DNA of 64,000 bases from the human T2T-CHM13v2.0 reference genome, Homo sapiens: the NCBI GenBank assembly GCA_009914755.4, contig CP086569.2, positions 14,176,001-14,240,000 on the forward strand. The letters run 5' to 3'. The translations under genes and the position numbers were made by a program. Positions 33,764 through 52,563 of this stretch are shown here, one piece after another; the first letter of the stretch is position 1; each line of letters begins with the position of its first letter. The notes under the pieces are model-generated. The model was not told the origin of the DNA and did no database searches. It was given only the letters and a program-made list of their open reading frames with translations.

Positions 33764-36089
33764 TTACTGGATAGTTTTGAGGACTGAGCGAAAAATACAT
33801 GCTTAGAACTTTGAACAGAACATAATATGCAATACATATTAGCTATAGTCATTAGTAGTTCCTTCTCTATAAACGACTTCTCAATTCTCGCAAATAGTAG
33901 CAGAAACCTTATTAAGAAAGGTATAGTGTTCAAAATGTAACCTGTCTCCTACCACTCTTGGCTCCTACCACATGTCAAATGTTAGCATATAATGTAAAGA
34001 ATCATAACTCTTCCACAATGAGTAGGTGGATGGCACTGCCCATGGCAAGGGCTTTAAAAATACAAATTAGAAATACTAGGACACCACAGGCACCTACCCA
34101 TGGTGAAAGAGTTAGAAACATTTACATTACATACCATATAGATAATCTTAGCTTATGATCTATCAGCAATCCCAATATTTTAGAACACATTAAAGATCAT
34201 ATCAGAATATGAAGTGTATTATAGCAGGCATCATTTATACTAATGTAATACTGGAATAAAATCTACCTATACAGAAATTCAGAACAATGTTTCTTTAAAT
34301 TATATCTGGCAAACAAAAACATACTACATTTCCTCTAAGGAATTCCTTAACAGTTCCACAGGATACTGTTGAAGTACTAATGTTATACAAAGAAACAAAA
34401 AAACCCAAACACTTGAGAGACAAAATGACAAGGAGATAATCTATTAAAAGTTTGGTTATTCCCCTGCTAGATTTTAAAAGAAAAATGACATTTTTCATTT
34501 CATGCAATTTATTTCATTTTCACTGTGAAAATGTAAGGTGTTTCAATATCTATGTTCATTTGTATTGTATTATTCATTGGCAGACTTGTGAAAAATATCT
34601 TATCATATGCCAGTCTCATCAACCTGTTGAACATAAGTTCCATGAATTTTGTCAGAAACAGAGACTGAATATCCTCACTTGTCTAAAAAAAGCAGGTCAA
34701 TGATTTAGATATGATGAAGCTGTATTGCTATTTTTAGAGCTCTGAGTTGAGGTGGAAATTTTTCTGAAGAAGTACCACCTTCTGCCACTGTTATTGACCA
34801 CTTACTGGCCACGGAAATTTTGCTGCAGGCTTCAAAACATTTCTTGATAAGTTCAACCTAAAAATTACAAAGCAAAGAGAACTTACCTGTGAAACTTTTA
34901 GGATAATAAATCATTCTGAAGACAAAAGAAATTTTTTGAATTGCAAATAGTATCAAGCTGCTTTTATATGCTACTTCTTAAGCTACTAAAAACAAGTAAG
35001 AAGCTACATCTCCAGTACCATACACATTTGCAAATATGTACTTCTTTAGGTTCAAAATATAATTACAGCAGCATTTTCCAAATCTCAACAAAAGTGCAGG
35101 AAAATGTGCTTATTTCAAAAGCCATTTGTACTACTGTGAGGTTTTCCAACTAAAGGTGCAACTGACCTTCAATTGGAAAAAATTAATCTGCAATGTAATG
35201 AAACCCAAAAAGAAAATAACTCAAAAGGAAAAAAAATCTAACTCTATAAGTGCCTTTAAGACAATTAATATACTCAAGAAAATATGCTCAAAGTTTGACA
35301 TCAGTACATGGCAGTATTGATCCACTTGAAAAGACATTTTTGAAGATCTCACTACCACAGAACAACTTTAACAGATGTACATTTGTAGTTAATCTTGATG
35401 ACACAAGAACACAGTATTTGAGCCCCAATGAAGTGGAGTATTATTTCCTCCAAAATAATTCCATTCTTTTAACTAGTAAACAAAAAAAATGCATCCGTTA
35501 TTTATTATGATTTTCATCAATAAAAATCCATAAAAAATAGTTTTTTTTTAATAGAATACCTACAAAATATCGCCAATTGAACCTCTCGGCTTGCATAGTT
35601 TAAAATATTTAGTATCTAGCCCTTTAAAGAAATGTTTGTAAATAAATGACGCATGAAAAAAAAAAAAGAAATGTTTGCTTAAAATTAGACAGTTTTTGGA
35701 TTACATTTTCTAAAAAAAAAAAGCGCATCACGTTTTCAGTATTGTCAATGAAATTTTTATTATACATAACTTCAGTAAACTGGTTCATAATACATTGTTC
35801 TCACTGTAATTGTGGTGAAAACCTCTGAAAAACATTGTTAACCTGTTGTCATTCCTACAACTCAGAAACTTAGAGTCCCTTTCCCAGTTTACATTTTTCC
35901 GATTGTTTTTTCATATAAAAATGATGGAAAAACAATACCCTGAGCTCAATTTTAAGAGTAATATGAACATTTTCACCTATAATAAAGAATTTTAAAATCT
36001 TTTTGGCTTTAGAAGTATAAATGACAATGTGCTCTCTATGCCTGCTCCGCATGATAAACTCAATTTTTTCAATCATGTAAGATATGTTA

Positions 36090-36293
<204 letters not shown>

Positions 36294-36741
36294 TCACCAC
36301 ATCCTCAAAAACCCTGTGATTCAATCAGAAAAATACTTAAATCAATAAATATTTTACCTGTATAGTCAGTAGAACTAAAGCGTTTAACTTATTCCAAAAA
36401 TAAGTCTTAAGACAAACACAGATTACTGAAAAAAAAAATCATAAATTGTATAACCTACTAAATAAAAGAAACAATTTACTTTCTATTTATAAAGTTGTAT
36501 TAATAGAGAGGGTACTTTGGTTTTCTTAAGAAGAATAACATTCTAATTGTAAAACTTTGTCAAAATGATTTCAGAATTTTAGGGTTATTAGGTAAAACTA
36601 ACATGTCAACATAAAAAAACAAGAAACAAAGAGAGAGAGATAATTAGGAATAGAAAAAAAACAGTTCTCTAGACAATTCCCAATTCTGCAATACCCTCAT
36701 TGATTCAGTTCATGGAAATAGCACTAGGGCAGGGAGACTTA

Positions 36742-36882
<141 letters not shown>

Positions 36883-36890
36883 TTACTTAC

Positions 36891-36955
36891 TTCTCTGAAG
36901 ATGTGGATTCGTTATCTGAATGATCTTTGTGTTGTGTTCTTTTCTCATTTTCTTC
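36891..36955 (-). CDS. UTY: UTY exon: EENEKRTQHKDHSDNESTSSE(N)
   Basis: Acceptor 'aacctgaag|GAA', donor 'AA|gtaagt'. It is separated from the next exon by a 73-nt intron. Confidence 0.9.
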
Positions 36956-37419
36956 CTTCAGGTTAAGAAAAAAATATTCATACTTAGTATCCTCTAACAG
37001 GCTATCACTTCTATTATACAAATTATACTCATCTACATGAGCAGTATTGACTATTTTTGAGAAATAAGTTTTTACAGGCACATTTCACAGAAAATATCTT
37101 CTATAATCACATTAAATTAAGTCACAGGAAAAGTCAAAGTCCAGTTCACGGTACTCAACATCCTCCATCATCTACAAAATTAATATGAAATTCAGGTATT
37201 ATACTAATTTATAAGAAAAGCATGTATTCATTCATATTTTACTTTGGACCAAGGAATTTTCTAAATGGTAAATTAATTTCATTTAAAATGATATCAAGAG
37301 AATATGAGAGAGAACTAAAAATGAAAACAAGGACAACATACAAAAGCTTACTAATTATATATTAAAACAAAAAAAGATGTAAGAAAGCACTTAAGAAGAC
37401 AGAATTCTTCCTTCTTTTT

Positions 37420-37555
37420 TTTTGAGCCGGAGCCTCACTCTGTTGCCTAGGCTGGAGTGCAGTGGCGTAATCTCAGCTCACTGCAACCTCTGCCTCCTGG
37501 GTTCGAGGAAGTTTCCTGCCTCAGTCTCCCTCCGATGCCTCAGCCTCCCTCCAAT
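37420..37555 (-). mobile_element. Partial Alu (right monomer)
   Basis: Carries 'ttttttttgagccggagcctcactctgttgcctaggctggagtgcagtggcg'. Confidence 0.75.
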
Positions 37556-38574
37556 TCTCTTTTGTAATAAAGAAAAAGCGTTGTTTTGTTGTTCCCTGTA
37601 GACACTGTTTTATGAGAAAGAATCTGTAGATTCTTATACTTGGGCCAAAGACAAGATAATGAAGAAAAACCTGAAGCCAAAAGTACTGAGGGGTATAACT
37701 ACTAATGTTAATTATAAGTGCCAAGTAGCAAAGCCATGGCACATATTCTAAACTGGCAGAAATACATTTGCATCCATATGAAAATATGTACAGAGTGAGC
37801 AATGTTAAGATCCTCTATCTCTGATTATAGTATCATATTTAGTTACCCTGGCTTTCTCTGTGGGTGAATCACATTAACAAAACTAAGGGCATATGGACGA
37901 AGTTCTTCACAGGCTAAATTTTCAATGCAAAGAGTTCTATATAAATAATAAAACATTTTCACATTTTTATTTAACATTTGTAATAAAAAATTAAATGCTG
38001 AACTTAAAATGTTTGTTATTCTCTCCAGAAATATTTCAAGAATATGCAATGAGAAAATGTTTCTGGGAGGACTGGAAATCCACATGTAAAAGAATGAAGT
38101 TGGACCTCTATCTCATAATGTACAGAAAAATTAACTCAAAATGAATGTGACCTAAATATAAGATATCACACAAAACTCATGCAAAAAAAAAAAATTAGTA
38201 CATCTGTATAACTATGGGTTAGGCAATAGTTTCTTAGCAATGACAAAAACAAATGAAGTCCAAGAAATGCAAATAATTAAACTCTATCAAAATTAAAATT
38301 TTTGTACTTCAAAGGACACTAACAGAAAAAGTGAAAGGACTACTCACAGAAAAGAAAAAAGTATTGACACATTTAATACTTGAGAAGGAATTTTTAGCAA
38401 GAATAAGCATGCATATAATTTACGGTTCAATAATAAAAAGAAAAATAGCCAAATTAAAAAATGGGCAAAGGAAATAAACATGCATTTCACCAAAGAAAAT
38501 ATACCCATTAACAATATGTTAATGAAAAGATGCTTAACAAATAACCATTTGGGAAAAGACAAAATGAAATATTA

Positions 38575-38978
<404 letters not shown>

Positions 38979-39042
38979 AATGTAAAATGATGTAGCCATT
39001 TGAAAATTAATCTGACAGTTCCTTAATAGAATAAACAATGAG

Positions 39043-39340
39043 GCCGGGTTCGGTGGCTTACACCTGTAATCCCAGCATTTTGGGAGGCCAAGCTGGATGA
39101 ATTATTAGAGGTCAATAGTTTGAGACCAGCCTGGGCAACATGGTGAAATCTTTTCCCTACTAAGAACACAGGAATTAGCCACGCGTGGTGGTGCACACTT
39201 GTAGTCCCAGCTACTCAGGAAGCTGAGGGAGGAGAATTGCTTGAACTCAGGAAGTAGAGGTTACAGTGAGCCAAGATAGTACCACTGCACTCCAGCCTGG
39301 GCAACAAAGTGAGACTGTCAATAAAAAACAAACAAAAACC
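39043..39340 (+). mobile_element. Alu
   Basis: Begins 'ggccgggttcggtggcttacacctgtaatcccagcattttgggaggcc'. Confidence 0.9.
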
Positions 39341-40011
39341 CCCCAGAGTAAACAATGAGTTATTACACCACATAATCTAGCATCTATACAAGGGAAATGA
39401 GGGTATATGTTCCCACACAAATACTGTTTATAAGTATTCATAATAGCATTACTCGGAATACCTACGAGGCAGAGCAGAAACAACCTAAATGTTCATAAAC
39501 TGATGACAGAGTTCCTCCACCAAAAACGGTTTATACCCAGACAATGTAATATTGTCATTAAAAGAGAAGTGGTTTAGTGATACATGCTGCAAATGAATAG
39601 ACCTTGAAAATCTTATGCTAAAAAATAAAAAAGAAACCAGTCAAAAAGACATGATATCATCCCATACACACACACACACTCAACACAGGCAAATCTACAG
39701 ATATAAGCAGGCAGGTGGTTGCTTGAATTCTTGGAGTTGGGGGAAATGTGACTGTGGATGGTTATGGGCTTTCATTTGGGAATAAAAAAAATTTGTAAAA
39801 TTTATTATGATAATGATTGCACACCTATGAGGTACGCTAAAAACCACTGAACTGTATACTTTATATGTGTAAACTGTATATTATGTAAATTATCTTGATG
39901 AAGCAGTATAAAAAGAAATAAAGGACAGGTGACATGAGCCCAAATGGTCAATGAAGAAGCCCCAAGCCCTCACACTTCCCTATGTAAAAAAATTTAAAAC
40001 TACCTAATGTA

Positions 40012-40324
<313 letters not shown>

Positions 40325-40639
40325 CTACCTAACATAACCTGATGGAATCTATGGAAAACAATCACAGATCTACAGCATCCAGGTAAACAACTTAGAAAAA
40401 GTCACACTCAAATCAGTGGGAAATACTATAGTGTTTTTTACTTGTGCTTGCCTCACTCCATCAAAGGCCTGGTACAGTGTTGCTACAAAAGAGGTGTCAA
40501 TTTCGTTCCTAATTTGTTCCCTCAAAAGAGAGAACCTTATCTGTAACATTCTAATTCATCTAAGGACTGTCTAAAATACTGGTCTCTGTTTTGCCTAATA
40601 CTAATGCTTCTCAAAAACTTTTTAAAAATTCAATTTACT

Positions 40640-40949
<310 letters not shown>

Positions 40950-41512
40950 TTATCATGCTCAGAGCCTAGATTTATCATGAGACCCTGGACAAAGACACTG
41001 TAAGAACACAACAATGTATCTTATAAATAGTAACGCAAAAATAATAACGAAATATTAGTAAGATGAATTCAGAAACACGTTATAGAAAGTTTGTATGTAA
41101 TGAACTAGTGGGTTTTCCTCCTGAAATTCTTGAATGATTAACAACATATTAAAATCAGTCAATTTAACACACATTAATAAAATGAAGAAAAAACTCACAT
41201 GATCATCTCAACTGATAAGAAATACAATTTCACAAAATTCAATATCCTTATATATGAGAAAAATATTCTACAAACTAGGCACAAATGGTAAGGTCTTCAA
41301 CATAATAAAGGCCATATATGAAAAACACATAACTTTGAACCTAGGAAGGACTGACAGCTTTTCTTCTAAGATCAAGACCAAGATAAGGACTTACAGTTTG
41401 GAAAACTAAATACTGTTAACATGTCAATATTACCAAAAGTGACCCACAGATTCAATGTAACCTCTATCAAAATACCAACAACAATTTTTGCAGGATTAAA
41501 AAATTCATCTTG

Positions 41513-41808
41513 GCTGGGCACAGTGGCTCACGCCTGTAATCTCAGCACTTTGGGAAGCCAAGGTGGGCAGATCATGAGGTCAGGAGATCCAGACCACCCT
41601 GGCTAACACGGTGAAATCCCGTCTCTACTAAAAATACAAAAATATTAGGTGGATGTGGTGGCACAGGCGGTAATCCCAGCTACTCGGGAGGCTGAGGCAG
41701 GTGAATGGCATGAACCCAGGAGGCAGAGCTTGCAGTGAGCCGAGATCGCACCACTGTGCTCTAGCCTGGGCGACAGAGTGAGACTCCGTCCCCAAAAAAA
41801 AAAAAAAT
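41513..41808 (+). mobile_element. Alu, target-site duplication 'aaaaatt(c/a)atctt'
   Basis: Begins 'ggctgggcacagtggctcacgcctgtaatctcagcactttgggaagcc'. Confidence 0.9.
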
Positions 41809-42020
41809 TAATCTTAAGGAAGTTCAATAGAAAAATGATCTTGAAAAACACTACTTGACTTAAAACCATACTATAAGGTTACATACAGTAACCAAAACAG
41901 TATGGTACTGCTGTTTTGACACATTGTCAGACCAACTGAGCAGAACAGAAAACACAGAAATAAAGCCATAGACCTACAACTGTTAATCTTCAACAACACC
42001 GATAAAAATGAGCAATGCGG

Positions 42021-42344
<324 letters not shown>

Positions 42345-42817
42345 CTAACAGTGCTGGGTGGAATAACTTGCTAGCCACACACAGAGAATGAAACTGGATC
42401 CTTACCTTTCACCACATATAAAAATTAACTCAAGATGGACTAAATATTTAAATGTACGATGTCAAACTATAAAAAAAGAAAACCTAGAAAATACCCTTCT
42501 CAACGCTGGTTTTGCAAAACAATTTTTAACTATGTCCCTAAATGCAACTGCAACAAAAATGAAAATTGATAAGTGGGACCCAATTCAGGTATGGAGCTTC
42601 AGCACAGCAAAATAAACAAACAAAAACTATCAACAGAGTAAACAGACAAGCTACAAAATGGGATAAATTATTGGTGAACTATGCATCTGACCAAGGTCTA
42701 ATATCCAGAATCTACAAAGAACTTAACAAATCAACAAGCAAAAAACAAATGACCGCACTAAAAAATGGACAAAGGTTATGAAAAGGGTATGTCTACTAAA
42801 AAGAGGACATTACAGGG

Positions 42818-43473
<656 letters not shown>

Positions 43474-43855
43474 GGAAAGTGTTCAATCATCACTAATTAT
43501 CAAAGAATTGCAAATCAAAATCGCAATGAGATACTATCTCACATTAGTCAGAATGACTACTATTAAAAATAGCCAAAAACAAAAACAAAAACAAAAAAAC
43601 CCAACACATGCTGGCGAGGATGTGAAGAAAATGGAAGGCTTATACGCTGTTCATGGGTATATAAATTAGTTTAGCCACTGTGGAAAGCAGTTTGGAGAAT
43701 TCTCAAAGAACCTAAAATAGAGCTACCATTTGACCCAGCAATCTCATTACTGGGTATCTACCCAGTGGAAAACAGAGCATTCTACAAAAATAGACATGCA
43801 CTCTTTTGTTCATCATCATTGCGCTATTCACAATAGCAAATGTGGCAAGCCAGGT

Positions 43856-44505
43856 CTCATTAACAGCTGAACAGGCAGGCCTCCATCACAACTGTTTCAG
43901 CACTGACTGAGTGGTTAATTTAAATGTTAAAAGCTGAAAGAGTCAGTGCCCTCACATAAAGGCTGGAATGTAACAAAAGTCCATCAAGAGTTTTGCCCAG
44001 GCCTTTTCTGGGCCTTGTAGATAACAAGATAACAAATTCTTAACAGAATCTGTTTAGGATTAAATGAGTTTTGATTGGGGATCTGAAGAAACTCCCCAGA
44101 CCTACACAAACAAGTTTTATTGGTGGTCTAAAGAAACTCCCTAAACCTCCACGATTTAGCAGGAAACAGGATAAAGGTCTTCAGCACCTGGACACATCTA
44201 GATTAAGTAAATTTACTGAGGCTCCAGAGGAAGGTCTTCAAAACTGAGACCCCTCGGTTATAAATTAGAAGCTGTTGATCACTTATGAGTTTAGATGAAT
44301 GCACACTACACATTGACATATAACTTAGAAAGTATAAGCTCTAGAATACTTTGTAATTTTCCTGGCTTTTTCCCTGTACCCGGTTACTTCAGAAATAAAT
44401 GCTCTTCTTTCCCAGTTTATCTGCATCTCATTACTGGCCCATGAGAATAAGCAGCCCAATCATCGGTTTCGTCTGGGAACACAAAGACATAAAATCAACT
44501 TAGGT
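43856..44505. mobile_element. LTR-like insert of unknown family within L1 ORF2 (possibly a solo LTR)
   Basis: The L1 ORF2 translation is interrupted at about 43855 and resumes at about 44506. The insert carries AATAAA-like signals ('cttcagaaataaatgctc'). Confidence 0.3.
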
Positions 44506-44879
44506 GCTCATCAGTGTTGGATTGGATAAAGAAAATGTGGTGTATACAGACAATGGAACACTATGGAGTCAAAAAAAGAACAAAATGATGTCCTTTGCAG
44601 CAACATGGATGTAGCTGGTGGCCATAATTCTAAGTGAATTTACTCAGAAACAGAAGACCAAGTGTTGCAGTTTCTCCCTTATAAGTGGGAGCTAAACACT
44701 GAGTACATATGGACATAAATGTGAGCTAGATGTGAGAGGAAAGGAGGTGGGGCATGAGCTAAAAACTACTTATTGTGGGGTACTATGTTCACCTCCTGGG
44801 AGTATTAAACCCAAGTGACAAATCTGCACATAAACCCTCTGTCTTTAAAATAGAAGATGTATTTTACAAATAAAGAAAG

Positions 44880-45372
<493 letters not shown>

Positions 45373-45876
45373 TTATCTTGGATCACATACAAAATTAACT
45401 TGAAATAGATCAGAGACTCAAACGTAAGAGTTAAAACTATAAAATTGTGAGAACAAGAGAAAATGCTGTGACATGGTATTCGGCCATGATTTCTTAAACT
45501 TCAAAAGAATGTGTCAACAAAGTAAGTAAATAAACTGGACTTCACAAAAATTAAAAATTTATCAAATGACACTATTACCAAAACAGCAAAATTACAATAA
45601 ACAAAATTGGAGAAAATACTTGTAAAACATTGTAAATCATTGCAAATACTTGTAAATTCTCTTGGGCAACGCCAGTGGGAATTAACATGGTGCGGGCACT
45701 GAGCAGAACAATATAGTCGTCCTTTAAAAAGTTCAGCAAGTAATTACCACACAATCCAGCGGCTGTAGAGACTAGAACACGTAATTTACATCAATTTTCA
45801 GAGCAGCTGTACTCAACACAGTAACTCAAATGTGCATAGATAAACAAAATGTGGTACATACTTAATGGAGTTACTA

Positions 45877-46810
<934 letters not shown>

Positions 46811-47732
46811 TACTGAGGTAACCAAAGAGGGATTTTGAGTGGAGGTGCCTCTGACCTTTCACGAATCTCCTACTGGTGCTTGGTACCAGCTTAAGCTATC
46901 TTTATGCACTATACCAACACGACAATTCGCTGAGGCATGGAAGAAGCCCCTCCAGAGAATCCCTGATCTCCCAAAATTTGTTCGAGATCCGAAGTTTATT
47001 TTGCTGTACAACTTATTTTATTTTATTTTGAGTTTTACTTGCTTCTAACACAAGGAAGGCATGCCTTTCCTGCTTCCATGATGATGGAAGGCAGGTAACT
47101 CCTTTATGGAGTTTGTATTCTCTTCCAACAGGGAAGATGAGTTGTTCTTCGTTTTCTTTTCTTTTTTTTTTAACCCGCTTCTAGGATGGTATAGAGCAAT
47201 TATCAGCCTGAGACCCACCCATAGGTAAGTAACTGAACTGTGGTTTGCTTTGGCTAAAGATTAACAACCAGCTGGTCTTAATTTCTCCTTACCATCAGAG
47301 CACTCAGTAATCATATAAACTGTGTGATCATTTGTTTTGCTTAACTGTTTTGTTGTTGTTTGTTTCTGTTTTTGTTGTTTTTTCGGTCTTTTTCCCACTG
47401 GATTTGATCAACTCTATATGACTTGATCAAATCCAAAGGAAGTTCCAAATTGTGGGGAAAAAAAGCCTCTGAAGTGACTAAATTCCCACGGGACAGACAG
47501 AGAGAAAAAAAAAGATGGCGCGGTAGAGGAAGAAAAACGGCTAGCAAAAGGAAAAAGAAAAAGAGGAGAAACTCTTTTGATTTTGGCTACTATAGGGCTT
47601 TGTTGATGTAAAAGTCCACCTTTTTGCAAGCCAGGCCAAAAGGACAGAGCAATGGCTGTATTTCTGAAATAGCAGCAGTTTGCCCTATTTGAAATATCGT
47701 AATGAGATTTTAAAAGATTTTTTTTTAGATGG

Positions 47733-48010
47733 AAGTTTGCTCCATCACCCAGGCTGGATTGCAGTGGCACAGTCTCGGCTCACTGCAACCTGCGCCTCCT
47801 GGTATCAAGTGATTCTCCTGCCTCAGCCTCCTGAGTAGCTGACATTACAGGCACATGATACCATGCCCGGCAAATTTTCGTATTTTCAGTAGAGATGGGG
47901 TTTTGCCATGTTGGTCAGGTTGGTCTTCAAATCCTGACCTCAGGTGATCTGCCTGCCCTGTCCTCCCAAAGTGCTGGGATTACAGGCATGAGCCAACACA
48001 CCCGGCTGCT
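47733..48010 (-). mobile_element. Alu
   Basis: Carries 'tttttttagatggaagtttgctccatcacccaggctggattgcagtggc...gctgggattacaggcatgagccaacacacccggc'. Confidence 0.9.
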
Positions 48011-48582
48011 TGTGTGCTCTTTAATAAAGAAGACACTGGTATTAGTTTAATAAAAATAGTTACATCTTGAATTTAGTAAGACTGCCATAACTTCTAATCT
48101 TTTGGCTTCAAGCAGTCCACAGGTAGTAGGGCTTACTTTAGAAAAGAGATGTTACTGTTTTTGTTTCAAAGTTAAACTATAAACTAACTTCCTCCAAAGT
48201 TAGTTTGGCCTACACCCCAGGAATGAACAAGGACAGTGTGGAGATTAGAAGCAAGATGGTGTCAATTAGGCGAAATCTTTTTCACTGTCTCCATTATAAT
48301 TTTGCAATGGTGGTCTCATAACTTTAAATAATTACAGTTGTGGTTTTTATAAATAATCTAGCTAAACAATTAAAGTAACTGTAATAGGATAAATACTTGC
48401 AGACAAATTTGTCAAAATTTAGAATCTAAAGTTAAATTAAATAACATGTTTTATTATTTGCTTATTTTCCAATAAAAATATATTTGTAGGAAAATATCCA
48501 TTCTAGAAAAAAGGGTGTCTTTTTAAAAAGGTGAACAATTTTTTATCTGATTCAAAGCTTAGGTTATGTATAAAACAAAGTA

Positions 48583-49004
<422 letters not shown>

Positions 49005-49433
49005 TTAAAGAGAAATAATTTCATATGAGAAAGAATCTTGTATGGTAAATTTAGTCCTAAGTAAAACAACTGGTTGTTTAAGAAAGAGGGATGTTCAGGA
49101 TAAACCAGAGAGTGAAGTATATCACGACCCATCTGCATAAGTCACAATAAGAGGATTTATTAAAACAAACAAACAAACAAAAAAAACCCAACTTTCATAT
49201 GATCAAGTTGTCTATGATTAAACGGAAATTACAATGGTCTTTCTAGAGATTGGGTTTGATATAAAAAAACAAAAAACACTTATACATTAAAGGATTGGTT
49301 TGTAAAACAATGAAATTTTCATAAGGGGTTGACTTACTCTTAATAAATTATAAGAGATTTTTAACTCAAAGTTCAACTTCTATTGCATCTTGCTTGTTTT
49401 GGTTTTCTATCCCCTTTTAAAAGGCAAAATTAG

Positions 49434-49735
49434 GCTAGGCGCAGTAGCTTACACCTATAATCACAGCACTTTGGGAGGCTGAGGCGGGCGGATCACGAGG
49501 TTAAGAGATCAAGACCATCCTGCCACCATGTGAAGCCCCATCTCAGGTAAAAATATAAAAATTAGCTGGGTGTGATGGTGCATGCCTGTAGTCTCAGCTA
49601 CTCGACTGGCTGAGGCAGAAAAATTGAACCTGGGAGGTAGAGATTGCAGTGAGCTGAGATCATGCCATCACACTGCAGCCTGGGGACAGAGTGAAACTCC
49701 ATCTCAACCACCACCACCAACACCAACAACAAAGG
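49434..49735 (+). mobile_element. Alu with a (CCA/CAA)n tail
   Basis: Begins 'ggctaggcgcagtagcttacacctataatcacagcactttgggaggctgaggcgggcgg'. Confidence 0.9.
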
Positions 49736-51952
49736 CACATAATAGTAATACTCCCCTTCAATTCATTTTCAGCTCAGACAAGTTTGTTTTTCTTCTGAAA
49801 TTTTCTTCTGAGGGTTCTGTTTGTTGTGGTCTGATGCTAACAATGTATTCTTAAAGATCTAAAGAAAATGTTTTTTTCCAACAGAATATTCTGTGACAGG
49901 AACAGAGGTCGTTTCTTTTGCCTTTTGGTAACTGGCCTAACAGAGTTTACATTTTATCAAAATAATTCCTATGCCATTATTATTAAGTTTGGTTTGCTTA
50001 GGAAAAACTGAGATTAGAAACAAGTTTCTTTAAATTAAGGTTATATGTCCTTGTATCTTGCTGTATGTGCTTTTAAAGTCTTTGTGATGTTGAGTTATAG
50101 AGCTTTGACTCCTGGTCTAAAAACAGAGTCCTGCTGAGGCTTAAACACTGAAGCCTCATCTTCAAGCTGGTAAAAGATGCCAACCAAAATAAACTGCATT
50201 CCTGAGAAACAGGTCCAGAAATTAAAGCTATTCAACTCCTGAAGGCCCAAGGACTATTGCAAAAGAGGTATGTGAGATTTTAAGGGACAATTTTGAAAGA
50301 TAAGAGAAACTCAGTTCCTGTATAAATTAACCATTAATGTCAAAGACACACTGATACAAGACTAGCATATGTGCCCTATGTCAGATTAACAAGGATTTCT
50401 TGAAGCATTAACCATCTCCTTAAGAAAGATTATAAAGGAGTATGGAATTTATAACAAGATCAAAATGAAAATTATACAGATTGTTTATAAAATTTTGGAT
50501 AACAAATTTAATTGGTTTCATGCTGTTTTTATAAGGGCTCATTGTTTGTAAAGTTAAGTATCCTCAATCAAATAATGAAGGTTTCACCTTTTTTTTAAAA
50601 AAATTATTGAGTTATCACTCTGGTTAAATTAATGATTTATTTTACAATGACCTCTGATCCTATTTTGTAATATCAAGTACTTTAAATCTTTAATATCTGA
50701 CAAATTTTCCAATATCAAATGATAACTTCTGTCTTTTTCTGACCTAATTAGTCCTTTAAAATATTAATAGGTTTCCTAACATCCAAAAACGACATATTTG
50801 GCTTATTTGGCGTAAGAATTCTATAGGAAGCATTGTCAAATATAAAATGGTGCTTGGCTTTCTTGGGGCTGCATTTGTTATGGTGTTCCAAAATTATGGG
50901 AAACTCCTATAATTCTGTTATGTGTAAATGTACATTATTAGTAACACTTATAATAGTTATGTTAAATTATTGTGTGCCACAGAGATAACACATTTTCTTG
51001 TCAATTGTGTCTTTGACTATGACTGCTCTAAAACTTTTAGTCATCCACAGACAATTGTTGTCTTTATTTGGTCCTCTTTAGAAGGTTGTTTTATAATCAG
51101 CTATAAACTCTAACAGGTGCTCTTGAATGCAAGTTTCTGATAACTTGGAGACTGTGACATGAGAATACAGAAAAAACTTTCAGGATTCATGGAGAGCTGA
51201 AATGTTTGTGAATATCAAGCAGAACAGGAATTACCTGCATGGACTAAACTAATAGAATTCGAAGTAATCTTTTAAACTCTTTGCTTAAAATGTTGCTGAT
51301 CCTTTGTTTCTCAGAGTCAAGAAAACTTTCAAGTTAACAATTGAGTACTCTTATGAAGAAAATTTGCAGCAAATTTGTTTCTGATTTCTCCAAAATTTGA
51401 AAACTATTTGAAAGTATTCTTAACAATTATGGCAATACAATTATTTGCATAAGTGAAATAAAAATGTTTTCATTGTTAAGAGGACACAATGGAAGAAACT
51501 GGTTATTTTACCAAGGCTTTGACTGAAATGGTGTGCTTTCCTTAAAGGAGTCAAATGTGACTTATGGAGTCAATAAAATTCCCTTGGGAAATCTGGCCTC
51601 ATACCTTTTTCTGCATGGTCCCTGTAGAGAGTTACTGTCCTGTGGTAAGTAAAGAATGTCACTTTCTGACAGGCCTAGGAGCCCCAATATTATCTTGGAA
51701 AATCAAGAGTAGAGGAATTCAACCAACTCATAGGTATTAATAGCACAAATGCAAGGCTGGGCTCAGCTTTAAAAAAGTCTTAGCTGAGACTACTTCTATG
51801 AAACAAAGTTCCGTCAAAGCCAATTAAAAAAAGAAGCCTATTGGAAAAATAACTATTCTTGTGGCACTTTATACAAATAATATCGCCAAATAGAATAAAG
51901 AAAATAGATCCTACCATGATTTGTCTTTAATGGGAAATTGGAGAAAGAAAAA

Positions 51953-52563
51953 ATGTTTCAAAAACGATAGTAAACCTGTTGCTAGAGTCTAGTATTGCCA
52001 AATTTTTAAATAGGAATAAACCATCCTAGCCATGAAAGATCAGACAAAACCTGACACCAGAGACTCATTTTCTTCTGAAATGCTTTCTCCAAAATATTTT
52101 TTGTTTTTAATGAGGGAAATGTGAAAGGAAAATATCTTGGGTACGTGAAATCACTATGCTAAAGGGAAAGGTCAAGCTGGGTACTGTTTAGGGCAAACCT
52201 GCCTCCATTCTATTTAAAGTCACCCCTCTATTTACTGAGCCAAATGTACACCTGATTGCCTCCTTTGGAGAGGCTAATCATAAACTCAAAAGAATACAAC
52301 CATTTGTCTCTTACCTACCTGTGGCCTGGAAGACCCCTCACTACTTTGAGTTGTCCCACCTTTCTGGACTGAACCAATGTTCATCTTATATATGTTGATT
52401 AATGTCTTATGTCTCCCTAAAATGTAAAATCAAACTGTGCTCTGACCACCTTGGGGAAATGTCGTCAGGACTTCTGGAGGCTGTGTCACATGAACACATC
52501 CTCAACCTTGGCAAAATAAACTTTCTAAATTATCTGAGACCTGTCTCAGATTTTCATGGTTCA
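51953..52563. repeat. Copy A (most complete) of the unclassified ~610-bp repeat
   Basis: See 46346-46810. The 5' 170 bp ('atgtttcaaaaacgatagtaaacctgttgctagagtctagtattgcc...') is shared only with copy B. Confidence 0.7.
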
